Of a stretch of 64,000 bases of DNA, positions 1 through 11,802 are shown in pieces. The notes under the pieces are model-generated. The model had not been told where the DNA came from. It saw only the letters and a list, made by a program, of their open reading frames with translations, and did not search any database. A program made the position numbers and the translations under genes. This stretch comes from Xylographa opegraphella (lineage: Eukaryota): assembly GCA_022813865.1 (NCBI GenBank), contig JALDZX010000045.1, positions 62,001-126,000 on the forward strand. The letters run 5' to 3'. Position 1 is the stretch's first letter. The number at the start of each line of letters is the position of its first letter.

Positions 1-282
1 TTAGGGAAAGGCATTATAAGGGTACAAGGAGTTCCAAGTGAAACAATAGGCCAAACTATAGACAAAAGAACGACCAAGGAGAACAGAGCTGGATGGCATT
101 GTGATGGTGAGATAGGGAAAATACGCGAACAAACCAGTCCGAATATACTATAGTAGCCAGCGCAGAAACCACGTTCTTCGAAACCAAGCGTCCTCACGAT
201 CTTGCTCGACTGTCAGCCCAACATCGAATCCATCTCCACAATAGATCCTCGCAGCGAACCAGACCAGCCTACCCACCCAGAC

Positions 283-507
283 ATGCCGTACTTCCCAACC
301 TCTCTAGAACAGCTCGAAGTTTTCACGCGCCTCCAGACCATGCTTCAGCCATTTTTGGTGGACATGCATCTCCAGTACATCCCTGAGGAACATTTTATTG
401 CCATTGCCCATACCATGTTTGCTGCATCCGCAGAGCGGTTCACAACTGAGCACCTCCTCATGGTTGTAGAGATCCTGCGGCGGGCAAGAATCCGAAGAGC
501 TCCATAG
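283..507 (+). CDS. Short orphan ORF (74 aa), possible small protein or terminal exon
   Basis: ATG at 283 opens MPYFPTSLEQLEVFTRLQTMLQPFLVDMHL...RRARIRRAP*. The composition looks helical and protein-like, but no motif was recognised. Confidence 0.3.
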   Translation: MPYFPTSLEQLEVFTRLQTMLQPFLVDMHLQYIPEEHFIAIAHTMFAASAERFTTEHLLMVVEILRRARIRRAP

Positions 508-1075
508 CCAGCTGGGCTTTTCATTAGTCAAATGTATGGACCAGCAATGTGCCCTAAATAGACAATTGAAGATGTTAAAAGAAGTTAAAATCATTATTCA
601 GGTCAGTGTTGCAAAATCCAATGTGAGGCCGCATGCCTTCAAAAATCGGTATTATTTCCTTGATTTTTCATTCATAGATGCGATACTCCGTAGATAGAAT
701 TATTTCCTTCGGCCGAAGAATTTCAGTAACAGAACGAATTTAGAGAGGTAATCGACAGATCTGCCAAGGCCACAGATGGTGGGCGTTCTTCGTTCTGCCA
801 GTCATCGCTTTCACTGTAGACTCCCAAGAATTGACCTCTGAAATGGCCGGTCCCTTGTACAACGAAGTCTATTACCCTGATCGGACTGTTCAGAAGCAGG
901 GCTGGCAGTGCCAACTGCACCGTCATATACCCGTCCAGGAGGCAGCTTACTGCTGAGCTCAAGACAGTGTTTTCTCTTGTGATCGGAAATTTGAGAAAAG
1001 GGCATCTCAAGTTAATACCGAAAGTGCTAAGGTTCTACACGATAGCTGCTTTCTCCGAAAGACGTTCTTTATAAT

Positions 1076-2945
1076 CTAATCTAATCGGGTCAAAGGCGTG
1101 GATGTTTCGTTAACGCTGAAGCGGGCACCTGAGATCCCCTCAGCGTGCCCAAGTAATTCATACTCACTGCTCTTGCTAGACCGCACGCCAGCTCTGTGGT
1201 TATAGGTAAGTGCTAGATCTTCGCCTTGATGACGCAGACGGACTGCGATACTTCCCGCAATGGCATCATCGGCCCTCCCGTTCCATGTTGAGCGCTTAAG
1301 GGCATGTGCCTCGCGAGTGGCGTCCGCGAGGGCAGTGCCTCCCATCGACGTACCGATTACCACGCTCTTGATGTTCACGTAGTCGAACGGCTTAAGATCT
1401 TTCTAGCCCTTGGTTCTCACAGCCTCCTCGAGAAAGATCAGCGACACCAGAAAATTGAAGGCCGCAATGACGTATATATAAACTGATTCACCAATGCGAA
1501 TTGACCTTACGACCAATGAAGTATTTACTTCATAGGTATCGTCGGCAACAATCAATTGGGCCATGCTGAAAGATAATAAAACATTGTCGAGCATTGATGC
1601 CAAGCTATCCTCGACACCTTTCAGAGTGTCCTCCGATTGGGTGTCTGTGGAGGGATCCGCAGTAGAGTTCCAGGACGAATTGATATTCTCGATGTTCGAT
1701 TTGAACGTGTTACCTATACCCGATGTGTATAGATCGCAAGCGTTTTGTTGTGAGAAAGAGGTGGGCATCCTCATCGTAATAGCGATAATACTCCCGCTCG
1801 GTTCGATATCAATGACCGGTGTTTGCAGAACTAGAGGTGTTACTGCAATAGTCACTTGAACCGTATCAACCTCAATGGTGTATGCCATCGGACTGAAGCT
1901 AACATTGCACTGCGTCCCATTTAGGGCATTGTATGCCAGTCCGGCTGCAATGGCAAATATGTTTTGTCCATTAAATGTATGGCCAACAAGAGCGACTATG
2001 CCATTGCTGTTACGAAATCCACAAGAAGCGTAGCCATCCGACGCACCATTGGGGAGCGTACCGCTCGCCGAATATATATTCGGAGAAAAAGCGTCATCCG
2101 CAAATGTATGATCCGAGATAGTCCAATTAGATGTAGTGTTCATAATGCAACTGACTTGTGCTCGATATCCCGTCTCATTGTAGCTGTAGCTTAAGACGGT
2201 GGAGCTATTGAGCAAATCATCGACCAGGCCTACTGACGCGCCCACGCCATAGGAACGACCCGTATAAGAGTATCGAGTGCTGTCAATTTTGCTGTGGTTC
2301 TGGGGTATGCCATCTTGGCTCGTGGCAGACGAAGCTGCGTTCAATATTGGAGGTCATAGTTGGGTGAATAGGTGAATGTGCCTTTGTCGTTGCGAACAGA
2401 AGGCATTGGACTAAGCCATGTTAGGTCTTGCCAGAAGCTGGCCGATACGCTACTGTATTGCGGGACCTTCAGGTTGGGAGAGAATGGAAATAGCTAGATG
2501 GGGTCGAGGTCAAAGAAGTCGACGTAACGATTGGTGTCAGAGCACCTGCCCATATCGCTCCGGGAAGAAGACCAAGGATACAGAATAATAAAAGTGGGAA
2601 CAAGCGCCGAAATGGCAAAGACCAGTCAAGTCGTACTCCACAGAGAGCATTCCAGAAAGTCAGGTGCTCAAGTGTCACAGCTTGTCTCGTGAGGTGCAAT
2701 CTCGTCGCAAGATTGATCAGAGTACACAAGATGTAGATGTAGATAGCGTCCAAGGCAGAAGATAGCAGCTGCACAACAATCTGGGTACGCGCACGATAGC
2801 CTGTTACGACTTGGCAGAGTTCGCCCGCGCTGGTCCAATTTGACCTGTCACTCCATAGGAGAATCGATGCGACGCTGGTGGTGAGAAGGAGTCCGGCCAG
2901 GATATTCATCCAGGTCTTGTCTCGCGGCAGAGCTTGGGAAGGCAT
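1076..2945 (-). pseudogene. Disrupted gene for a fungal multi-pass membrane protein of unknown function
   Basis: One continuous protein-like sequence is split over four pieces: N-terminal TM helices (2945-2470), LKVPQYSS...GTFTYSPNYDL in another frame, ILNAASSATS...GRSYGVGASVGL (2344-1403), then an in-frame TAG at 1403-1405 in RTKG*KDLKPFDYVNIKSVVIG. No usable introns span the two frameshifts. Confidence 0.7.
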
Positions 2946-3099
2946 CGGTCGATGAATCTAAGTAGCCTCGAAGTAAAGCAGAGAAAGCATGAATATATGA
3001 TAAGTTGGCGCAGCTTATCGGTCTCTAATTAGGTATATATTGGGGGCACAATCGAGATTGAGTATTAAGTCTAGAGTAGAATAATCTACCTAGATAGAC

Positions 3100-3640
3100 T
3101 AGATCACTCTCGCACGAGGCATACTCCGCCAGGATCCTGCGCCACAGCTCACCCCCCTCGGGACCTACCGCTTCCGGAACATCACCCACGTATGCCCAAT
3201 CTCGAAGCCGCCTCAGCGCACCGAGTCCTGGTCGCGCGGGTGGCCGCAATATCGCTGAGATGCGGTGGATCTAAGGGCCGCTCTGCCGGTCGTCACTTTA
3301 TGGCCGGGCGAGCCGTACAAGATCGGCTTCGATATTGGGCGCGATAGGCTCGCGGCGGCGGAGGTGTTGCTCGGGGCAAAGGATCGGGCGGAGGTGACGG
3401 CGAAGGGGCTGGGGACGACGTGGTGGGCGTTCGGGTTATGGGAGGATACCCAGGGGCGGCGGTTCCGCGGGTGGAGGCGTGGGAAGAGCGAGGCTGCGCG
3501 GGGGGTTTTGGGGCAGGGGCAGGGGNNNNGGACGGGAAGGGGTGGACGGGAAGGGGAGATCGACCGCCGGGGAAGTTCCGCCACGCGGGGCTTGGCACCG
3601 GTTGTGGAGTAGGGGGAAGCGATCTTTCGAGATTGGGTGA
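3100..3640 (-). other. GC-rich gene-like fragment containing an assembly gap (NNNN 3526-3529)
   Basis: GC-rich island with TA-rich flanks. It has overlapping Pro-rich ORFs ending in ...LRRLRDWAYVGDVPEAVGPEGGELWRRILAEY, no ATG, and no recognised domain. Confidence 0.25.
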
Positions 3641-3997
3641 AGTTTGGGGTTTTTATGGACTCGATTTACTTATTTCACGGGTGCGATTTGTACGGTACTC
3701 CTTACTGGCTAGTGTTAAGAAACGAGATTAAAATTGATACACCTTATGAAAATATCTAGCCTGCTACAGCCGAACAAAACCCGACGAGCCAATACCTCCA
3801 CGCCCTGTAAACCCCAAGATCAGCATCCAGAAAGCGCACTCACCTCCTCATCCTCCCCCCTCCCCTTATCCGCTTTAAATCACTCTTCAGGAAGCCACTA
3901 TACCATCACAAGCGGCGATAAACAGAAAAGCAAACAGCAGAACGAAAAAACGATTGCCAACACCGGAAACAGGTCGTCGGAAAGCACGGCCGGCAGC

Positions 3998-4165
3998 TCA
4001 GTCGTACTCGTCGTCGAGGATGCGTCGAAAAACGGTGGAGAGGTGGTGGTAGACGAGGAAGAAGGCGTAGACGGTGTAGATCTCGGGCAAGATGACGAGG
4101 ACGGCGATGGCGATGCCGATGAGGAGCATGTTGTAGTTGAAGTTGCGGGTGGTGATGACGGGCAT
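3998..4165 (-). CDS. Putative 55-aa single-pass membrane microprotein (below the ORF-track cut-off)
   Basis: CCACC-ATG context; MPVITTRNFNYNMLLIGIAIAVLVILPEIYTVYAFFLVYHHLSTVFRRILDDEYD*. Codons are strongly C-ending and there is a long hydrophobic stretch. Confidence 0.5.
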   Translation of the reverse strand: MPVITTRNFNYNMLLIGIAIAVLVILPEIYTVYAFFLVYHHLSTVFRRILDDEYD

Positions 4166-4473
4166 GGTGGGATTGGGGAGGGAAGAGAGTAGAGGGGGGG
4201 GGGAGGAGGGAGGTGCGGATTATGACAGGGAAGGGGGGAGGGGAGCGGAACAATGGGATATTGGTTTGAACAGTGGGATCGACTGCAGGGGTTTGTTCCT
4301 TGAGTACATAGACAGCATGATGGATGAACAATAGGGGTTGGTGGAAGCGGATACGAAGACAAAGCATCCATTGAGTTACAAACCTCGTACTGCCAGCAAG
4401 CTATAACAAACAAACTGTCGATGAACGTGGCACACCTACCTCCCAACACCTGAAGGAAACATGCTCCGAACAA

Positions 4474-4785
4474 CTATACGAGCTCCGCAACATACACCGC
4501 GGTGAAAGGGGTGGGAGGCGACCATTCGCGAGAGCGGTACAACGGAATGTCCGTGATGTCGATCTCGAGACCGTCATCGTCGCACTCGTAGAGCACGTCC
4601 ACGACCTGCGGTACCGCATAGCGACCGGGCCGGCTCCGGAGATGCAGTGGGAAGCAGCAGCAGCAGACGACGACGCAGATGGAGACGAACACCAGGACGC
4701 CCATGCCTAGGAGGACCGAGGAGGCGGCGATAGCCAGCGGGCCGGGTTTGCCGAGAGCAGCTATGGTGAAAGAACCGGGTGCCAT
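4474..4785 (-). CDS. Putative 103-aa single-pass membrane protein with a juxtamembrane Cys cluster
   Basis: MAPGSFTIAALGKPGPLAIAASSVLLGMGVLVFVSICVVVCCCCFPLHLRSR...; C-ending codon bias; a TATAAA lies about 45 nt upstream on this strand. Confidence 0.5.
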   Translation of the reverse strand: MAPGSFTIAALGKPGPLAIAASSVLLGMGVLVFVSICVVVCCCCFPLHLRSRPGRYAVPQVVDVLYECDDDGLEIDITDIPLYRSREWSPPTPFTAVYVAELV

Positions 4786-5220
4786 GACTGTGTGGATGCC
4801 GGATTGAGAGGTAGGGGATGGTACATTTATACTATAATTGCCTGGGCCAATACAAGTAGTTGCAGTGGGTTTCGATAATCGACAATAAAGAATGGCAACA
4901 AAGACTTTATAGAGAAGGAGAATGGGATTTATTTGGAACAAGGGGCTTCAAGTTCTACACAGTAGAAGCACAATGCTCCTATCAGGCAACGTACATTTCT
5001 TTCACCAACTGGGACAGTCGCTTCTTCTTGGCATTACACATGCATGCAAGGTCGTGAATGATTCCAGCCGAAAACATTGGACAGATGTCGAAAGAGGTAT
5101 CCAAACTTTCTCATCCTATCTAAGGAGCGCTTATAAACATTAAGTATAGGGTAACTATAGACGCAGTAAGACAGTCAAACCGCAAATGCAGGTGGTAGTC
5201 TAGAAGGGTATCACAAGTCA

Positions 5221-5260
5221 GAAGGTATCTTAGAACATAAGAAGGTATCTTAGAACATAA
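5221..5260. repeat. Perfect 20-bp tandem duplication
   Basis: GAAGGTATCTTAGAACATAA x2. Confidence 0.95.
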
Positions 5261-5369
5261 CGGGGGATCCCATCCCAAAGGTTAACACCCCTCCCAGATG
5301 CAGGGTGACATAGTAAAAAGCAAGCACCGATATTAGAAAATATAGAATCATGCCAGGCGGTTGGTGGGG

Positions 5370-7882
5370 TCACATCATCATCAAGCGTGTGGTTCTCCGT
5401 TCGGGGTGTCGCCGTCCAGGTCCCAAAAGTGATGTCACTTGTGAAGCACTCAAGGCGTGCTGTTCGCAGAAAATCTTGCTGTTGAGCTCAAAGTAGTCAT
5501 TGCGCAAGATCTTGTGGCATTCCTATCGCGGGAAGTCAGCAATAGTGTCAACAATTCCTCACTGGATATATTACCTGGCAAGTAAAGCAATGAGGATGGA
5601 ACTTCTGCTTCACTTCCGTTTCCAGATATTGCCCTTCGATACCTCGGTCGCATGTCTTGCACAAGGAGCCGTTGAGCTCGTGATAGTGGCGAGCGCAATA
5701 AGGATTGTTTTCGATAACATAGAAATCTGTCGTTTGGAAAGGCTCTTTACATGTTTGACACACAAAACATTGTTTGTGATATCGCCCAGTCAGTCTACCA
5801 TCTGCCGAGCTTACCGATTTGCCTTGAATGACCTCCCCACAACCCCGACAGTTCCCCTTGTTGGCTGTGCCTGGTCTCCGAATTGGCGACGCTGCGCCTT
5901 GTTCGCGAAGGAAAGGAGGCACAGGGGCTTGCATTTCTAGGGGTTGTGGGGGAAGCTTAGCAAGGATTGGGTCCGCTGCCCGCATGCGTGGCGAGCTTGG
6001 AGTTGTCATGAGATGTTGTAAAGGATGAACCGGAAATATCTCCTTTTTTGCTTCGAGCTTGACAGTAGTAGTACTGTTTTGTGATTGAGACGAGTGCGAC
6101 CTTTCACTGATGACTGGCCTCGACGGAGGGTACTGATTATCAGGAGGCGGAAGAGGAGTGAATCGACTGCTTTGCACGGCAGGATCCATGGGAGATTCTG
6201 GTGGCGTCGTCTCTGATCCGGGAGGAGGAATCTGAAGCACGGGCCTCGCATATGTCGGTCTGCTAAAGCTCTTTGTAGGGCGCCGTTGAGTCAGTGGCAA
6301 CTCACGCTCAGAGGTATTGATCACAGCTATTGGTTGAGCGTCTTTTAGTATACTTTCAACATTAGTGATATCGTCCAGGAATTTCGACCCCGATAGATGT
6401 GACGCCTCAGATAAAGGAGGGCTTGACCTAGAGCTTCCACTGTGAATGTCTGAGCGAGCGGAACCATTGGACGATATGGACTCTGTTGGCGTATGGTAAG
6501 GGTTGCCAATATCAAAGTCCTCAGCGCGGGTAGGTGCTGGAATTAGAGGAGCGCTATGGAGCCTCGTATCAGTCCGCTCCTCGAGGCTACCAGTTCTCCG
6601 CGGTGCCTCTAATCCCGTTTCGACCTTTGCAGGAACTGTACTCTGGGATGGGGTAGTGCGATGCGACCTGTAGGTACTGGTGCTCCCAATCTCGTACAGT
6701 GGTCGATTCGCAGCCGCAACACTTGCTTGCCTTTGGTGGTTGATTGCGGCGGTATCGGCAATGATTTTCGATGCCAATTCGATAGATCCTGAGCCACTGT
6801 GGTGATTCTGCATCTGGAGTGACAAGGATTCCGACTTATTCCCTTGACGGGAGTGTTCCAGCGGAGGTATTTTTGTTACGAGTTCCGGTACTGGGGGCGG
6901 ATTCATCATTTTATTCGTTCCAGAAAGCCGAGGCGGAAGTGGTTCGGATGACATCAGTGGCCCATGAGACTTGGCTCTGGATAGAGAACTGCGTGGTCCA
7001 CTAGATGTGGTCGAAAAAGAGGCTTTTTTCACATGATCCGATCCTGATGTCGAAGGTCGCTGGAATTCGGTCTTCATGTATCCTGCGCTTGGCGGTTGTG
7101 CCGCTTCTTCTACACTCCTTCTAGTGGTGTGCTGGTTGAAACTCGAATGCGAAGTAACAGCTGTACTTCCGTTAATGTTAAAGGGTCCAGGTGTGATTGT
7201 ATTCATCCTTTGTAGGAAACCCCCAACGTTGTTTCTAGCGCTCATAGGTGCCACTATCCCGTTACCATCAGCCGTTGATCGATGAGCTACAGCTTCAAAT
7301 GATTGCTTCGATGCTGACGGCGTTGTTGGTGTGGCGTTTCGTGACCTTGTGGTTGGAAATACGGGAAAAGCGCAATCTTGAGGTAATGGAAGCTCTGGCG
7401 ATGGGGCTCTGTATGGCAGAGGTGCTGTTGCGCTTCTGGGCGGCATGCGATAAGGCGATTTGCGGCCGCTACCCCCAGCGATCGGAGTGACACTGCGCGT
7501 ATTGCTCGACATGTTGGACCTGGGTGGAGCTGGAGAATAAGGACGATCTTCATTTTGTCAGCATATCCCAAAGTATATAGTGTTGCTATCAGTTCATACT
7601 TGCAACTGAAGCGTCGATTCGTGGTGGAGGCATTCGAGCTGACCTCGATTGGTTAGGCCCATTGAACATGGGAGCATTCATGGATGCAAAGGCATTATTG
7701 AATTTGTCAAATCCCCGAGGGGGAGCTGTTCAGTATATTAGCATGCTTTGCCCCAGTCGACCTTCGGTGGACGTACGCTGGCCGCAAATATGGTCTGCCA
7801 TCATGGAAATCTCCACATCGCGGTTGCAGTTGGAGCATTTGATTGTTGGCAAGAAGCCGGACGTCGTCCCTGGAACTGCCAT
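5370..7882 (-). CDS. LIM-domain protein, paxillin-like (Pxl1-type), 4 exons
   Basis: Exon 1 reads MAVPGTTSGFLPTIKCSNCNRDVEISMMADHIC, followed by a long Pro/Ser-rich region. The C-terminal LIM motifs are CRGC..YHKQCFVCQTC..YCARH and CKTC..FHPHCFTCQ|ECH..FCEQH, ending ERRTTRLMMM*. Introns at about 7776-7726, 7599-7550 and 5577-5523 keep the frame. Confidence 0.9.
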
Positions 7883-9478
7883 TGCCTCCACGAGGTTGTT
7901 ACGCTCCTCCCAGCGCCCGGTTCGAACGATTCAGATTCAACGGGCAATTTCATGAAAGCGTCGTCTTGGGTAACGAAATATTTCTTCTGGTATTTTGGTA
8001 GCTCGGTCGACAGAGCTTATGCAGGTGTAAGGTTCTCATACAGTGTGGACCTTAAAGACCAAGGCGGCGCGTTGTCAGCGGGAATTTCTTTGAGGATGTT
8101 CAGTCAGATGCTGCACAGAAGCTCTGCTAAAACAGCCTGGCGCCTACTCCGGGGCCAGTGGTGTCAACTGCATGGCGAATGGCTGGACGTGGGAAATTAG
8201 GTTAGGGCACGTGCCACGGACCGCACTTTGTAGACGCCCAGAACAGCCAGACAATTTGTTTTGTTCGACAGCGCCAGTCCACGATGGAGGATGATGGGGA
8301 TAAGATTTACTTTGTGATAGGATTCGGACAGACTGTCAACTAAAGTACATAAGGTAGTAGGTATGTTGGCCTATGTCCCAACTACGAAGCTGGCCTCAAT
8401 AATACGGAGTAATGATAATGCACCTCGCGGGTGCCTCCAGGCGAAGCTGCAGGAGCCGACCAAGCTTGGTTAGCTCCTGAAACGGCGCATGAGCCGTGGC
8501 CAGAATCGGTTTCGAAGGAGACGCCAAGACAGCACAAAGATAATGTCTGCATGAGTTTCATTGTTACTTTATGAAAGGCAATTGTCGCATCCGATCATTC
8601 CCATATCCGGTTGCTGTTGAGCTCCGATAATAATGAATATAATAAAGTTCATTCAAGACGATAATGAGCACGCTGGAAATGATATTGACGACGGCGAACA
8701 AATGACAACCACGATAAGCTTGTTGGTACATTTGGCCAATCGGGCGTTAGCAGCGGTCCAGGCCTAGAGATCCACCGCCCCTGATCAACGCCGGCAACTC
8801 TCGATCGAGCGAACTCAGGGGTGGGGGGAAGGGGTTGAAGAAAAGAGAAGACGAAGAAGACAGAAGAAAGAAGAGTCGCAATAATTCCGTTGGACTTCAA
8901 AAGTCAAAGTCGAGCATCGGAGTTTCGTGGGTGCATATCGCTGAGATGGAAGCACGTAATACTCGCCACTGACTTCACTTCATCTCTTATCGCGAGGTGC
9001 AAGCCCTGGCACGAAGAGTATCAATGGCAGGATATCCGGAAGATCAAAGACTTCGGAGATTAGCCTGGAAAGGTGAACGAAAGCGCTGTTTAGAAATAAC
9101 GATCTAAAAGATACGGATATATGTCAGTTGTGAGTTGATGGGAATCATCAAACATATCATGTGATCCACAACCTGTCCAGTCTCAATGTATCTGCTCTGT
9201 AACTACTTTATCTACCTACTATAAATACTTCGACATAGAGTTCACGATGTCCTCCGCCAGTAGTGGGGTTAATGCACCCGATCAATCACCGAGTGTTCCG
9301 CTAGGCAAGGAAGACAATTAGCTTCCAACAGAGACTGCCGTTCTTAGTGGGGGTTTGCCTACCTTCTCAACGGTCAACGAAACTTTTACACTCGTCGTCA
9401 TACATCACCATCCCTTCACGACCATTCTCTCTACCAAGAGGCATCGGCTCGAATCACTCGTATAAGCCCAAACAAGAT

Positions 9479-9717
9479 ACGGGAGACCGCGCCAGTGAAG
9501 CGTGGTCCGCACATCAGTCACCACGTTTTCCAATCTACTCAACTCGTAAGTACCGCCCGCTCCTCAACTCGGTCCTTCTGTAAAGTCTTCATCGTGAGAT
9601 TCCCTTCAAGTGTCTGTCTAAATCATCATGGCAGAACGCACCATCCATATAACGGAGGTAGACGCTCTGCTAGAGGTGGTGCGGGAGATATACCGCTCGT
9701 CAAATAAGGGCAAATAA
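9479..9717 (+). promoter_or_regulatory. Candidate spliced non-AUG uORF in the INO1 leader
   Basis: ACG at 9479, intron 9546-9634 (GTAAGT..CTAAA..CAG), optional in-frame intron 9658-9708, TAA at 9715-9717, which is 36 nt before the INO1 ATG. Confidence 0.6.
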
Positions 9718-9753
9718 TTCGTTTCGCTAAACTCCAACTAATCGAATTGCACC

Positions 9754-11479
9754 ATGGCACCGCATGCTGAAGGTACCAATGGCTACACAAATGGAACAGG
9801 ATCAAGTCGAGTCGAATCGACAGCCAAGGACTTGTTCACTGTCAACTCTCCTGATGTTCAATACACAGAGAACGAGATTTTGAGCAAGTACACCTATCGT
9901 ACCACCTCTGTTTCCAAAGATGGCGAAGGCAAGTATGTGGCTACTCCTAAGGAGACCATTTACGATTTCAAAGTTGAACGGAAGGTTGGGAGAGTCGGGA
10001 TGATGCTTGTGGGATGGGGTGGAAACAATGGATCCACGGTGACTGCGGGTATTATTGCCAACCGTCGTGGACTGGTGTGGGATACCCGAGAGGGAAAGCG
10101 TGCGGCCAATTACTACGGCTCTGTGGTCATGAGCTCGACCATCAAGCTCGGTACAGAAGCAGAGACTGGCAAAGAAATCAACATCCCGTTCCATGATGTT
10201 CTGCCAATGGTTCATCCGAATGACCTTGTCATTGGTGGATGGGATATCAGCGGGATGAATCTGGCCGATGCTATGGACCGAGCAGCTGTCTTGGAGCCTA
10301 CGCTCAAGAGCCTTGTGAAGAAGGAAATGGCCGAGATGAAGCCATTGCCCAGTATTTACTACCCTGACTTCATTGCCGCTAACCAGGAGGATCGCGCCGA
10401 CAATCTGTTGGAGGGTTCAAAAGCATGCCTGGCTCATGTTGACCGTATTCGCAAGGACATCCGGTATACAAACGTTCTCCAATTTCTAAACATACGCGAG
10501 GTATGCTGACAGTCGTTCAGTGATTTCAAAGCTGCCCATGATCTAGACAAAGTTATAGTGCAGTGGACCGCCAACACCGAGCGATATGCGGATATCATTG
10601 ATGGCGTCAACGATACCGCAGATAATCTGCTAAAATCTATCGAAGCAGGCCATGACGAAGTGGCACCTTCAACCGTCTTCGCCGTGGCCTGTATCATGGA
10701 GAACGCTCCATTCATTAATGGTTCTCCACAGAACACGTTCGTGCCGGGAGCCATTGAACTCGCTGAGAAATACGGCTCTTTCATTGGTGGCGACGACTTC
10801 AAATCCGGCCAGACCAAGATGAAGTCCGCCCTCGTAGACTTTATGATCAGCGCTGGGATCAAGCTCACGTCAATTGCCAGCTACAATCACTTGGGCAACA
10901 ACGACGGGATGAACCTGAGCTCCCAGAGACAATTCCGTTCCAAGGAGATCTCCAAGTCAAACGTCGTTGATGATATGGTCGAGGCGAACACTGTGCTTTA
11001 CAAGCCTGGCGAACATCCAGATCATACCGTGGTAATCAAGTACATGCCAGCTGTGGGTGACAACAAACGTGCCCTGGATGAATACTACGCCGAGATCTTC
11101 ATGGGAGGGCATCAAACCATCAGCTTGTTTAACGTATGCGAAGACTCGTTGCTTGCGTCTCCGCTAATCATTGATCTGGTACTTGTTGCCGAGATGATGA
11201 CTCGTATTTCATGGCGGGCCAATAGCGGCGATAGCGCATCCGGGAAAGAGTACAAAGGATTCCACAGCGTTCTCAGTATCCTCAGCTACATGCTAAAGGT
11301 AGCTTGAGCCCTCCCGAACATGAATGACCGAGCTAATTGTATAGGCGCCATTGACTCCTCCCGGCACTCCAGTTATCAATGCCCTGGCTAAGCAGCGTGG
11401 CGCTCTGACCAATATTTTCCGTGCTTGTGTTGGTCTTCAGCCAGAATCTGACATGACTCTAGAGCATAAGCTCTTCTGA
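9754..11479 (+). CDS. INO1: myo-inositol-1-phosphate synthase, 3 exons
   Basis: Signature motifs [39 protein letters not shown] and [14 protein letters not shown], with C-terminus LEHKLF*. Introns at about 10464-10520 and 11299-11344. Confidence 0.98.
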
Positions 11480-11802
11480 GCACATCCAGTACAAGAACTG
11501 GAGGCGGCAACATGGGTTCAAGAGCTGGTATGCGAGAAAGACTGTTTGGTAAGTTCGTGATTTTATTCTGCATCTAAAGTTAGACTTTCTATCATCACAT
11601 TCCTTAGCAAGTTATGAAAACAATTATAAATATATTTTCGAAACCAGTCTGTGATCTTCAAAGCGGTCGTAGTCTTCTGAAAGGGAAACGGGCAACGCGA
11701 ACGGCTAGGGTGTCTCCGCCTTGCCCTAAGCGCACTGCATCAAGCCTAAAATGGTGCTGTTCATTGCCATTTTTCCCACCAAATCGCAGAGTGTCCGAAG
11801 CC

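Noticed and set aside
3734..4473. Track ORFs 3734-4192(+), 3898-4473(-) and 3906-4367(-)
   Set aside because: Shadow frames of the C-biased 55-aa ORF; their translations are low-complexity.
9158..9167. CATGTGATCC as an inositol-responsive UAS-INO element
   Set aside because: Only the E-box core matches the yeast CATGTGAAAT, and a single hexamer is expected by chance.
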